This document shows, one piece after another, positions 1 to 8,437 of a DNA stretch of 64,000 nt (within the stretch, counting starts at the first letter, position 1; each line of letters starts with the position of its first letter). Location of the stretch: the IMG/VR virus record IMGVR_UViG_3300031344_000005, positions 18,816-82,815 of that record; one strand, written 5' to 3'. Source of the DNA: a virus. The notes under the pieces were generated by a model. It ran no database searches, was not told the origin of the DNA, and was given only the letters and a program-made list of their open reading frames with translations. Position numbers and translations under genes: made by a program.

Positions 1-148
1 GGGACGGCTTGCCGTCGGCGTCGCGGCGGTCGGCCATCATCTTGGCGAAGTACCAAACCTGCTCAGTGAATGGACACAGGTTGACCAGGTCCTCGTCGCG
101 TGGGTCCGTGGTCTGAGTATGTGGGAAACCCACACAGATGATCCTCAA
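1..148 (-). CDS. Glycosyltransferase, N-terminal part (runs off the window)
   Basis: TTG start overlapping the HNH stop, with GGAGG RBS. Translates MRIICVGFPHTQTTDPRDEDLVNLCPFTEQVWYFAKMM, resembling the N-terminus (..LPHTQT..C.FT.KV..F..MM) of phage GT-B/GT4-like glycosyltransferases. Confidence 0.6.
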   Translation of the reverse strand, partial: MRIICVGFPHTQTTDPRDEDLVNLCPFTEQVWYFAKMMADRRDADGKPS

Positions 149-822
149 GATTGCACCTCCAATTCCACGTGTTTCCACGTCTTGCGAGCGAGGATGTCGT
201 AGATATTTCTAACACACACGCCGAAGTCGGCGGCAAGTTGAGGCACGGTCCATCCTTGGGCGCGAAGCTGAAAGACGGAGCGCACCTTCTCATCAGTCAG
301 TTTGGATCTACTGTGCCCTTCTCCACGTGGGCGAGATTCCGGATGCAAGCGTGAGCCGCTGTGTTCACCACGCGCCATTCGCTCTGGGTGCAAGTGGGAC
401 CAATGCGCATCGCCGCGCGCTACACGTTCCGGGTGCCTATGTGACCAGTGCTCGTCGCCATAAGAATGTGGCGGATCACTTTGTCTGCCCTTCGCCATCA
501 TGTCCCTGGTATTGTCCTTCATCGTTCCGAGAAACAAGTGCTCATCGGCAACACAGGGCGGATTGTCGCACTTATGGGGGACGTGCAGGCCATCGGGGAT
601 TGGGCCGTGAGCCAACTCCCATGCTACGCGGTGGGCACTTTCCCCACTGCCAGCGCGTCCCAGACGGCTGCTGAGCCTACCGTACCCATGATAATCCAGC
701 GCGGCCTGCCATTCTAGGCAAGGCGTTGTCATGCCCGGTCTGATGAAATCGGCAAGCTTGGCCTTCGCGAGGAATCGCTGCTTAAGTCGGTCGAGTACGA
801 AGATGCGCATGGTTAGCTCCAT
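145..822 (-). CDS. HNH homing endonuclease with C-terminal DNA-binding repeats/HTH
   Basis: CLEWQ..GYG..AHRVAWELAHGPIPDGLHVPHKCDNPPCV..HLFLGT..DN motif; repeated HPERxARG units, then SKLTDEKVR. Confidence 0.9.
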   Translation of the reverse strand: MELTMRIFVLDRLKQRFLAKAKLADFIRPGMTTPCLEWQAALDYHGYGRLSSRLGRAGSGESAHRVAWELAHGPIPDGLHVPHKCDNPPCVADEHLFLGTMKDNTRDMMAKGRQSDPPHSYGDEHWSHRHPERVARGDAHWSHLHPERMARGEHSGSRLHPESRPRGEGHSRSKLTDEKVRSVFQLRAQGWTVPQLAADFGVCVRNIYDILARKTWKHVELEVQS

Positions 823-1029
823 TCAATGGCTGCCGTCGTAGCCCGGCGGACGCCCCTGCCATGGCGGTGCGGGCGGGAACATTGGCTCTGGTAGCTTCTC
901 GCCCGGCTCCATCATCCGCACCTCGACCACGTTGTAGTCCAGTTCGACCGCTCGCTGCTGCGCGCGCGCCGGGTCCTCCCATGCCGAGTCGAGGTGCAGA
1001 ACGTTGCGGACGATGAAGATGGTTTTCAT
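823..1029 (-). CDS. Hypothetical protein
   Basis: MKTIFIVRNV start overlapping the FkbM stop (ATGA); 68 aa. Confidence 0.65.
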   Translation of the reverse strand: MKTIFIVRNVLHLDSAWEDPARAQQRAVELDYNVVEVRMMEPGEKLPEPMFPPAPPWQGRPPGYDGSH

Positions 1030-1742
1030 GGTCTGCACACAATGTCGTAGCCGTCTCTCCCGTCGCTCGGGTTGAACGGCTGTCCCGTGCGGATGTCCTT
1101 GCATTCCGCCGAGTAGCCAAGCCAGCGCAGCTCCGTCTCCAAGTCGCGGATCGTGAAGCCTGAGAGACCTAGTCCCCAGGAATTGACTTCGACGACCATG
1201 ATGGGCCGGCAGCGCAGAATTGTCCCACGCGCGCCTCGCAGGGCCAACACCTCGTGGCCTTCGATGTCCCACTTGATGAGCGCTGGCGACAGACCGAAGC
1301 TGTCGAGTGTCACCACCTCGACCGGCACGTCACCGTCTGCGTCGATGTGGCTGGCCCCGGCGTTTTCCTCACGCTTGATCTTGAGCGAAGCCACGCGATC
1401 TGACAGGCCGCAGTTGTGGAGCACGACGTTCGGCAGGTCCGCACAGTTCTGCCGGAGGCACTCGAAGGGCTCAACTTGCGGCTCGAAGGCATGCACGGTG
1501 CCGGCCTTCGTCGCATAGGACGAGGCGTGGTCTCCAAGGCTGGCGCCTGCGTCGATGACGGTCGATCCTTCCGGTATCAGGTCGAGCACCAGCGGAATCA
1601 GTTTGATCGGTGGGCACGACAGATCTGCGCCGAGACAGTGGTGCTGTTCGATCCATCGCGACAGGTGCGTGTCGTCCTTCAGAACTGCGATCGAGCGTTC
1701 GCCCGGAAGACCGGGGATGATGCCGGGCGTGTGGATAATCAT
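1026..1742 (-). CDS. FkbM-family SAM-dependent methyltransferase
   Basis: VIDAGASLGDH, VHAFEPQ, LIKWDIEGHEVLALRGA..TI.R.RP motifs. Confidence 0.9.
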   Translation of the reverse strand: MIIHTPGIIPGLPGERSIAVLKDDTHLSRWIEQHHCLGADLSCPPIKLIPLVLDLIPEGSTVIDAGASLGDHASSYATKAGTVHAFEPQVEPFECLRQNCADLPNVVLHNCGLSDRVASLKIKREENAGASHIDADGDVPVEVVTLDSFGLSPALIKWDIEGHEVLALRGARGTILRCRPIMVVEVNSWGLGLSGFTIRDLETELRWLGYSAECKDIRTGQPFNPSDGRDGYDIVCRP

Positions 1743-1770
1743 ACTCTGCCCCTCGGATTGGCCAAAGAGA

Positions 1771-1986
1771 TCAAGGTGTCTTCCCCTGTTGGTCTCTCGC
1801 CGCGATCTGATGGGCAAGTAGCAGCGCGGTCCCTCGGTGGATTCGCAATCCGCCCGCTGCGCGTTCGAGGGCCGGCCTGCTCAGACCCAAGTGCCGCGCG
1901 GCTTGGCATGTGCCCTGTGCTTCGATGAGGGCCTTCAGGCGGGTCTGATGCTCTGGGCTCATCTCGGTGTCGTTCTTTTGCTTCAT
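1771..1986 (-). CDS. Small HTH DNA-binding protein
   Basis: GTCQAARHLGLSRPALERAAGG helix-turn-helix pattern; first gene of the leftward operon. Confidence 0.65.
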   Translation of the reverse strand: MKQKNDTEMSPEHQTRLKALIEAQGTCQAARHLGLSRPALERAAGGLRIHRGTALLLAHQIAARDQQGKTP

Positions 1987-2029
1987 GGTGCTTGCACCAT
2001 CATAGCAACGAAGTTGGGCCAAAAGTCAA
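1985..2029 (-). promoter_or_regulatory. Leftward sigma70-like promoter with overlapping inverted repeat (putative operator)
   Basis: Minus strand TTGACT (2029-2024) and extended TGcTATGAT (-10 at 2004-1999); IR ATGGTGC-tt-GCACCAT at 1985-2000. Confidence 0.55.
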
Positions 2030-2079
2030 GCTTACATTTTCGTGAGGCACGAATTGTGTTACCTCGGAAGTACACGACC

Positions 2080-2619
2080 ATGACCAGCCAAGTTGACCCG
2101 AAGAAGCTCAAGTCGCTGCTGAACAAGTCACAGACCGAACTCGATCCGCCAGAGGACGAGGGTGGAGGTGGGGATCCCGCCGACACTGGAGCGGCCTCGG
2201 ACGACGGCTCCGACGACGACGAGGAAGAGGGCGGCGAAGAGGAAGAGCAGACGGTCGAGTCGCTGACGGCGTCGCTGAAGGAAGCCGTTCCAACGATCAA
2301 CGAGATCATCGACGAGTTCCGCACGGGCAGCGACGCGCAGCCGAAGGCCGGCGTCGAACAACTCGAAGAAGAACTCGATGCCGAGGCGGTGCACGGGTTC
2401 TGTGGCTGGACCGAGGAAGCGGGCAAGAAGGACTTTCGCAAGCTGGGCGAAGCGCTCGACGTGGAAGACGTCGATGGCTTCGTCGGCTGGTGCCGGGCCG
2501 TCCGCAAGATGGAGGAGGAAGACGGCGAGGGCGGGGAGAGCGGCGGCGAGGAAGGGGCGACCGAAGAAGAGCCCGAAGGTGGCGAGCCCGAAGGCGAAGA
2601 GGAACCCGAGGCCGAGTGA
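2080..2619 (+). CDS. Highly acidic hypothetical protein (head region)
   Basis: MTSQVDPKK start; D/E-rich disordered ends around a helical core. Confidence 0.75.
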   Translation: MTSQVDPKKLKSLLNKSQTELDPPEDEGGGGDPADTGAASDDGSDDDEEEGGEEEEQTVESLTASLKEAVPTINEIIDEFRTGSDAQPKAGVEQLEEELDAEAVHGFCGWTEEAGKKDFRKLGEALDVEDVDGFVGWCRAVRKMEEEDGEGGESGGEEGATEEEPEGGEPEGEEEPEAE

Positions 2620-2891
2620 TGCCGGGCAACCTCAAAAACGCCTTGCGCGCAGAGCCCGCTGGCGGGACCGTCAATGTGGATCTGACGAGAACGACGCCCA
2701 AGGCTGACCCGCGGTTTATGCCCGAGCAGGCGCCCCCGGAATCTGATTCCGCGATGGACGCTCCGGGCCTGACCGTCACTGGGAAGTCACCCAATGCTCG
2801 CATCGCACTACCGGCAAGCCAGAAGCTGCCCAATTTGCCACCGGCCAGGAACCCGAATTTGTTCGAGGCAACCCCGAGGAAGCGAACATGA
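2619..2891 (+). CDS. Hypothetical protein
   Basis: TGATG overlap with upstream gene; MPGNLKNALR, 90 aa. Confidence 0.7.
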   Translation: MPGNLKNALRAEPAGGTVNVDLTRTTPKADPRFMPEQAPPESDSAMDAPGLTVTGKSPNARIALPASQKLPNLPPARNPNLFEATPRKRT

Positions 2892-3097
2892 GCGAAGCTC
2901 TTTCACCAGGTCGACGGCGCGCGCTTGAGCTTGGCCGCAAGTTCGGGACGATTCGCGAAGACAAGCCTCGCACCGCCCCTGACGGTCTGACCGGCGGGCG
3001 GGGAGCCTCCGAGATGGCGAAGGCTGAGAAACCACTACTCGAAGGCGCGAGCGTGAAGCCCGCCGTCGAAAAACCGCTCCCGTTTCGACGGGGGTAA
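2888..3097 (+). CDS. Hypothetical protein
   Basis: ATGA overlap; 69 aa ending EKPLPFRRG. Confidence 0.7.
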   Translation: MSEALSPGRRRALELGRKFGTIREDKPRTAPDGLTGGRGASEMAKAEKPLLEGASVKPAVEKPLPFRRG

Positions 3098-3107
3098 GGA
3101 GAACCAG

Positions 3108-3266
3108 ATGAGCGACGAGAGCACCCCTGTCAAAGAGTACGACGCAAAGCACGGTTCCTACAAGCCCAGCGGACTGGAAGTCAACACGGCTTCTTCGGTG
3201 CTTCCGGCGAAAGATAAGCCGCTGCCGTTCAAGTCGACGGTTGGCAACACGAACGCCGACAAGTGA
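3108..3266 (+). CDS. Small hypothetical protein (52 aa; not in ORF track)
   Basis: AAGGAG RBS; MSDESTPVKEYDAKHGSYKPSGLEVNTASSVLPAKDKPLPFKSTVGNTNADK. Confidence 0.7.
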   Translation: MSDESTPVKEYDAKHGSYKPSGLEVNTASSVLPAKDKPLPFKSTVGNTNADK

Positions 3267-3304
3267 TCGGCGGCATCAGTCACTGATTTGAGGAGAGACA
3301 TTCC

Positions 3305-4177
3305 ATGGCCATCAACGACACCACGACCCACTCCAGCACAGTTCGCGACGCCTACAACACCGGCATTCTGGGCAAAGAGTCCGACGCCAGCCAGAAGGCG
3401 CCTCTGGGCGACATCCTCTCGGTGTTGCTCGACGTCGCCAACACGGCCGTCTCGGTTTCGGCCGTCACCGTCGGAACCGCCGTCACCCCTACGCTCACGC
3501 CGACGGCAACGTCCGGGGCGACTGGGATCATCCCCACGGCAACTGCCGTAGTTACGGTCTCCGCTTCGTCGGTTTCAGTTGCGACGGCGGTTTCGACGGC
3601 CGCCGTTGCCTACGCATCGCCCGATCAGACGATTCTGGCGAACCTGGCAAACGCCAACTACGTCTCGGTGAACCAGTGCGTGACCGACATCAAGGCTCTG
3701 ATCACCAAGGTCAACGCCGCAGTGGTGGACATCAGCGCGACCGATGCCAAGCTGAGTGCGGTTCTGGTGGACCTCAGCGCCGCCAAGGTCGACAACACCG
3801 CACTGGCTGCGCAGGTCAATGCCGCGCTCGTCGACATCAAGTCGCTGCGAGCCTGTATGGCGGCCACCGCCGCCAACGGCACAATGGGCGGCTGCACCGA
3901 GCCGAGCCTCACCGTGACGAGCTACCTCACCGGGACGCTGACCTACACGCCGTCATCGATCATCAGCATCCACGGCTACGGCACGACCCCGGGCGTCCTG
4001 AAGCTCATCCGCGATCCGAACCACACGCTCTCGACTGGTGAAGTTTTTTGGGATGGCTATCGCGGTCTGAAGTTCTGCGCCGCCGACCTCCTGACCACCT
4101 ACGACGCCATCTACGCCAAGGCCGACAGCTCGCAGAAGGTGAGTTGCCTCATGGCCTCGATTGCGGACATCGTCTAA
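3305..4177 (+). CDS. Putative head decoration/head fibre protein with coiled-coil segment
   Basis: GAGGAG RBS; A/T/V-rich with heptad repeats (VDIKxL..VNAA); lies before scaffold and capsid. Confidence 0.55.
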   Translation: MAINDTTTHSSTVRDAYNTGILGKESDASQKAPLGDILSVLLDVANTAVSVSAVTVGTAVTPTLTPTATSGATGIIPTATAVVTVSASSVSVATAVSTAAVAYASPDQTILANLANANYVSVNQCVTDIKALITKVNAAVVDISATDAKLSAVLVDLSAAKVDNTALAAQVNAALVDIKSLRACMAATAANGTMGGCTEPSLTVTSYLTGTLTYTPSSIISIHGYGTTPGVLKLIRDPNHTLSTGEVFWDGYRGLKFCAADLLTTYDAIYAKADSSQKVSCLMASIADIV

Positions 4178-4180
4178 CCG

Positions 4181-4371
4181 ACGGAGTCAGTAGCGCCACA
4201 TGAAACCTTTCAGCGGGACACACGCCAACCTGAGATTCACTCAGGGCGCCTCTGTCCCGCGCAACGTGGCTCGATACCTTGCGTGCCCGCCCGTTGAAGT
4301 CGTCACTCGTGACGACGGCGACGATACAGCCGGTGACCGCGACGTAAACGAGTAGCTCCGAGGAGCGAGTC
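4181..4371 (+). promoter_or_regulatory. Structured 5' leader of the scaffold gene (putative cis-regulatory RNA)
   Basis: Nested stems: GCCAC/GTGGC 4195/4266, GCGGGACA/TGTCCCGC 4213/4253, CCTGAG/CTCAGG 4229/4240, ACTCGT/ACGAGT 4305/4348, CGGC/GCCG 4316/4329, CGGAG/CTCCG 4182/4356. Confidence 0.55.
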
Positions 4372-5226
4372 ATGCCGAACGAAAACCAACCCGATCCGAA
4401 TCAACCGCCAGCCCCAGGAACACCGCCAGTAAGCACTCCGCCCGTCGGAGCCGCACCTCCCGCCCCCCAGGGCAAGAACGTCATGATCCCCCAAGCCGCA
4501 TTTGACAAGCGAGTCGAGCAGGCGAAGAGAAGCGGTCGAACCGCCTACCAAGCCGAACTCGACGCGGCTGCCGTGGCCAAGGGATACGCGAACCACACCG
4601 CACTGATGGCCCACGTCGATGGGTTGCTCACTCGACGAGCCGCCGCGCCGAAGTCACCGCAGGCCCAGCCGCAGGGCCAGGCCAGCGGATCACCTCCTCC
4701 CCCGGTCCCGCCCAAGAACCGCAATGACCGCCAGGCCATGCAGCAATTCGAGCGAGACAAGGCGAGGGCGCAGCGCGAGCGAGAACAGTCCGAACGACGA
4801 TTGGCAGACGAGCAGAAGCGACGCCGCAGGGCCGAGCGAGAACGCGATGCCATCGAAGCCCGGTCCAACCTCGAACGCATTGCCGGCCGGTGTGGCGTCA
4901 AGGACGTCGACTACGCGATCCATCTGTACACCCAGCACTGCCAAGGGAAATCCGAGGACGAGCTGAGCAAGATGGACGAAGATAAATTCTTCAAGGAGTT
5001 GCGGCAAGGACACCCCTACATCTTTGGGGAAACGGTCGTGCCCGCGACGACCGGGACCGTGGGAGCGCCCCCCGGCTCTCATGTACCGCCATCGGCCGCG
5101 GGAACCGCAGCCGCTGCCGGGCAGGCCGGAACCATCGACGTTACGAAGATGAACAAGGAACAGTACCGCGAGTATAGGCGGAATCGCGGCTACGACCGAC
5201 CGCTCCTGACAGGCAGAGCAAGCTGA
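4372..5226 (+). CDS. Capsid scaffolding protein
   Basis: Pro-rich N-terminus, charged coiled coil, HPYIFG motif and short C-terminal helix; directly upstream of the major capsid gene. Confidence 0.8.
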   Translation: MPNENQPDPNQPPAPGTPPVSTPPVGAAPPAPQGKNVMIPQAAFDKRVEQAKRSGRTAYQAELDAAAVAKGYANHTALMAHVDGLLTRRAAAPKSPQAQPQGQASGSPPPPVPPKNRNDRQAMQQFERDKARAQREREQSERRLADEQKRRRRAERERDAIEARSNLERIAGRCGVKDVDYAIHLYTQHCQGKSEDELSKMDEDKFFKELRQGHPYIFGETVVPATTGTVGAPPGSHVPPSAAGTAAAAGQAGTIDVTKMNKEQYREYRRNRGYDRPLLTGRAS

Positions 5227-5271
5227 AACTGACGGCCAACAGCCGACGAACACCAACGAAAGAGGAAATCC

Positions 5272-6687
5272 ATGGACTTCTCAGTCATCCAACAGTCGCC
5301 CCAGGTCCGAGAACTGGTGCAGCAGAACGTGCTGCAGCGGGAGTTCAAGGACGCCCTGTACCCCCGCAATCTGTTCCGCGGCGAAGCCGAGCCGGTGGAA
5401 TGGCCCGCCAACATCGGCGACAGCATGGTGTTCACCGGCCGCGGCCTGATGAAGCCGTCGACCAAGCCCTTGAAGCCCGGTGACGAGCCGCGGGCGAAGA
5501 GCGTCGAGTATGAACAGTGGTCCGCCCAGCTCCATCAGTGGGTCGGCCGCGCCCCGGACATCTCGACTGTGACCGACCTCGTGTCGATCGCGCGACTGTT
5601 CGTGAGCAACGTCCAGGCCCTCGGGTTGGATGCTGGCATGTCGCTCAACCGCATCGTACGCGATCGGTTGTACAACGCCGCGCTGAGCGGCCAGACGGTC
5701 GCGACAGTGACCGCGACTTCGGGCCACACCATCACGGTGGCGCGCTTGAACGGTTTCACGACCGCGCGGCGCCCCGACCTGTCGACTGGATCGACGGTCA
5801 AGTTCGACACCGTGTCGAGCAACAACCCGCTGATCGCCTACACCAAGCACGCCTCCGGCGCCACGCTGACCCTCACCATCACGGGCTTCACCCCGACCTA
5901 CACGGGCGACGAAACCGGGCCAGGCACCCTGACGGTTGCCGAAACCTTGAGCGGGAGCAACGTCACGGCGCGGGATCCGATCTGGACCGCTGACGCCAGC
6001 TTCATCAACCGCGCGGGCGCTGGCCTGAGCGTCGATGCCGTCACGAGCACGGGCCACGGCTTCACGTTCGACCTGTACCGCAGTTCGGTGGGCCACATGG
6101 CGGACAACAACGTGCCGAAGATGTCTGACGGCTTCTACCACGCGCACTTCAACAACTACTCCAAGGGCCAACTGTTCAGCAGCGACGAGAGCCAGCGGCT
6201 CTTGACCAGCTTGCCGGACTACTACTGGTACAAGGAGTTCACGATCGGCGAGGTGCTGGGTGGCCTGGTGTTCGAGGACACCGAGACCCCGCAGGCGTCG
6301 AACGTCCAAGGTGGCACCTCCAACGTGTACGACGGCTCCGACACCGGCGAAGCGTTCGGCGGCGAGATGTACAACTACACCAGCGACCTCATCCAACGCC
6401 CGATCTTCATCGGCGCCGAAGCGGTCTACGAATACTACCGGCCCCTCGGCGGTCTCGTGACTGAGGCCGGCGTCAACGGGCAGGTGGGTGAGTTCACCGG
6501 CCTGACCAACAACGGCATCGAGGTGAATGTGGATCGCGTGCAGGTCTACCTGCGAGCGCCCGTGAACGTGACGGGCGACATCGTGACGTCGGTGTGGAAG
6601 AGCGTGATGGATTGGCCCTGCCGAACCGACGTGCTCACCGGCGACAGCGCCAGGTTTAAGCGGTGCGTCGTGGTGGAACATATCTAG
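5272..6687 (+). CDS. Major capsid protein
   Basis: 471 aa after the scaffold; strongly biased codons; HK97-like pattern (LQREFKDALYP..FR..A; GDSMVFT; VP..SDG.YH) with a T-rich insertion domain. Confidence 0.85.
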   Translation: MDFSVIQQSPQVRELVQQNVLQREFKDALYPRNLFRGEAEPVEWPANIGDSMVFTGRGLMKPSTKPLKPGDEPRAKSVEYEQWSAQLHQWVGRAPDISTVTDLVSIARLFVSNVQALGLDAGMSLNRIVRDRLYNAALSGQTVATVTATSGHTITVARLNGFTTARRPDLSTGSTVKFDTVSSNNPLIAYTKHASGATLTLTITGFTPTYTGDETGPGTLTVAETLSGSNVTARDPIWTADASFINRAGAGLSVDAVTSTGHGFTFDLYRSSVGHMADNNVPKMSDGFYHAHFNNYSKGQLFSSDESQRLLTSLPDYYWYKEFTIGEVLGGLVFEDTETPQASNVQGGTSNVYDGSDTGEAFGGEMYNYTSDLIQRPIFIGAEAVYEYYRPLGGLVTEAGVNGQVGEFTGLTNNGIEVNVDRVQVYLRAPVNVTGDIVTSVWKSVMDWPCRTDVLTGDSARFKRCVVVEHI

Positions 6688-6691
6688 CGAA

Positions 6692-7210
6692 ACGCGCGTC
6701 ACAGCCTGAGAAGGAAATGTGCTTTTCCCGCGACTATCCCGACACGACGAGCGCACCGGCGCCACGGGATAGTCGCGCCTCAGTTTTGCCCTTCGGGGCA
6801 ATTAAAGGGCCTGGAGCTTCGGCTCGTAAACACACGCGGTCGTGTCGCTGTGTTCTGGCCCGCCGGCATGGTGGCGGCGCTTCGGTGCTTGCCCATACGA
6901 ACGTGCCGGTTCATGTCCGCGCTGGTCGCCCGATTGTGACGGGATTGCGCTTGCCCGCTTTGGTCAGTGGACATTCGCGCCCATCTATGACGGCGAACTC
7001 AACCGAGCTTTGTGCTCTGGATGAGTTGTTGCGCGGCTATCGGGAGACGCCAACCCTGGCCCTTGGCCATGGAACCGCGTCGCCCTCTGGCGGCCCCACT
7101 TCTAGAGAGTGGTCGGTGGCTTCGGCCATGACTCTGGACTCGCGCTCAAGCAGATCCCATCAGCGTGGGTTAAACGCTGTCACTGCTAGTGCCTGAGTCC
7201 GGTGCCCCGC
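6692..7210 (+). ncRNA. Large structured non-coding RNA candidate (~520 nt), family not recognised
   Basis: 13-bp perfect stem 6729-6741/6765-6777; four cUUCGg hairpins (loops at 6792, 6818, 6881, 7121); many further stems; complementary loops 6742-6748/6839-6845. Confidence 0.7.
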
Positions 7211-7236
7211 CTCTTTTTGACCAACAGGAGAATCCG

Positions 7237-7626
7237 ATGAGCCTGATGAGCGACAGAGCAGCAGCGAAGCAAAAGGATGCCAAGCCGGCGTCAGTGAAAG
7301 CTCAGGAACCGCCGGCCGCTCCGGTAGTCTCTCCTCCGCCACCCGTAGATCCGGTGGCAGCCTTCGCCGTGACGGCCGAGGAGTTCTCTGCCAAGGATGC
7401 GCCCATCGAAGCGCTCGACATCGTGGTGCCTCCGCCGGAGGCGCTAGCCCCGAAGGTCGCGCTTGCTCCTACCCGTCGCGTGCGCGTGCTGGCGGACGGC
7501 AAGGTGTTGCTGGGTGCTTGCATGCACAGATTCCGCGCAGGCAACGTTCTGGACGCCAATCAGTACGATAACCACGTGTTCGGCCAACTCCTGAAGGCCC
7601 TCAAGACGGAGCCGATCGAGAACTGA
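7237..7626 (+). CDS. Hypothetical head-associated protein
   Basis: AGGAG RBS; Pro/Ala-rich N-terminus and small C-terminal domain; first gene after the capsid gene. Confidence 0.7.
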   Translation: MSLMSDRAAAKQKDAKPASVKAQEPPAAPVVSPPPPVDPVAAFAVTAEEFSAKDAPIEALDIVVPPPEALAPKVALAPTRRVRVLADGKVLLGACMHRFRAGNVLDANQYDNHVFGQLLKALKTEPIEN

Positions 7627-7628
7627 CG

Positions 7629-8045
7629 ATGGCCCTCACGCTTTCAGAGAAGGCCCGTGTCCGCTACCACTTCGGCTATCCGAATACGTCGATGAATGCT
7701 TCTCTGTCGATTGGGATCCCGCTGGACACGCAGTTCATGTTTTTGCTGGACCGGGCGATGAACCTGATTCTGCCGGAAGCGGAAGAGACCGTGCGGATGC
7801 TGATCGGACGGCTCGACCAGACTGACGATGCGATCTTCCAATGCCAGCTCCGAATGCAGGTCAGCAAGGTCGACGGAATCGAACTGCGGGCCGACGAAAT
7901 GGATGCGCTTGAAAACGCCTACTACGGGCAGGCCACGCGCCTGGCTGACATGCTGCACACGCCGCTGTACCCGTTCTCGGCTCGATTCCAGGGCAGGGGC
8001 GGGGTGACGAGCGCGCCCCAAACCGGAATGGTCGCGAGGCACTGA
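7629..8045 (+). CDS. Putative head-tail adaptor (head completion) protein
   Basis: MALTLSEKARVRYHFGY start typical of helical adaptors; position in gene order. Confidence 0.6.
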   Translation: MALTLSEKARVRYHFGYPNTSMNASLSIGIPLDTQFMFLLDRAMNLILPEAEETVRMLIGRLDQTDDAIFQCQLRMQVSKVDGIELRADEMDALENAYYGQATRLADMLHTPLYPFSARFQGRGGVTSAPQTGMVARH

Positions 8046-8437
8046 TGTCAACGCCCATCATCGTCAACCACGCAGGAGTCGCGGTCGGGACCAGCTCGGG
8101 CGGCTCGTTCGGCTGCGGCCCGTTCGACACCAGCTTCAACGCGACCTATGCGGCGCAGAAGAGTGGCCAGGACGATGTGGTGAGCGCGACCTTGGGGGCC
8201 CCCCTCGTGCTGCCCCTGGAGAACGTGGCGGGTGTTCGGGTGCTCATCATCAGCGTGAGCGGGAACAGCGTGACGTTGCTACTCACCAGCGCGTCGGGCA
8301 CCTTGCAGAAGATTCCGCTCAGCAGCGGGGGGATCATGATTTTCCACCAGCCGACCCTGGGCGACGAGTTCACGGCGATTGAAATCGTCGGCAACGGCGC
8401 CACCGTCAGCTACTTCGTCGCGGGAGACCTCGCCTGA
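8045..8437 (+). CDS. Hypothetical virion protein (beta-rich)
   Basis: TGATG-coupled, 130 aa, within the neck cluster. Confidence 0.65.
   Translation: MSTPIIVNHAGVAVGTSSGGSFGCGPFDTSFNATYAAQKSGQDDVVSATLGAPLVLPLENVAGVRVLIISVSGNSVTLLLTSASGTLQKIPLSSGGIMIFHQPTLGDEFTAIEIVGNGATVSYFVAGDLA

Noticed and set aside
5281-6801. 506-aa antisense ORF opposite the capsid gene
   Set aside because: Shadow frame caused by high-GC codon bias.
6663-7196. 177-aa ORF spanning the post-capsid gap
   Set aside because: No RBS, overlaps the capsid 3' end, Arg/Ser/Pro-rich composition without the genome's codon bias; RNA structure explains the sequence better.
6692-7210. RNase P, tmRNA or self-splicing intron identity for the structured region
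   Set aside because: No GAGGAAAGUCC/P4 motif, no tRNA-like ends or CCA, it does not interrupt a gene, and I saw no clear group I/II core motifs.
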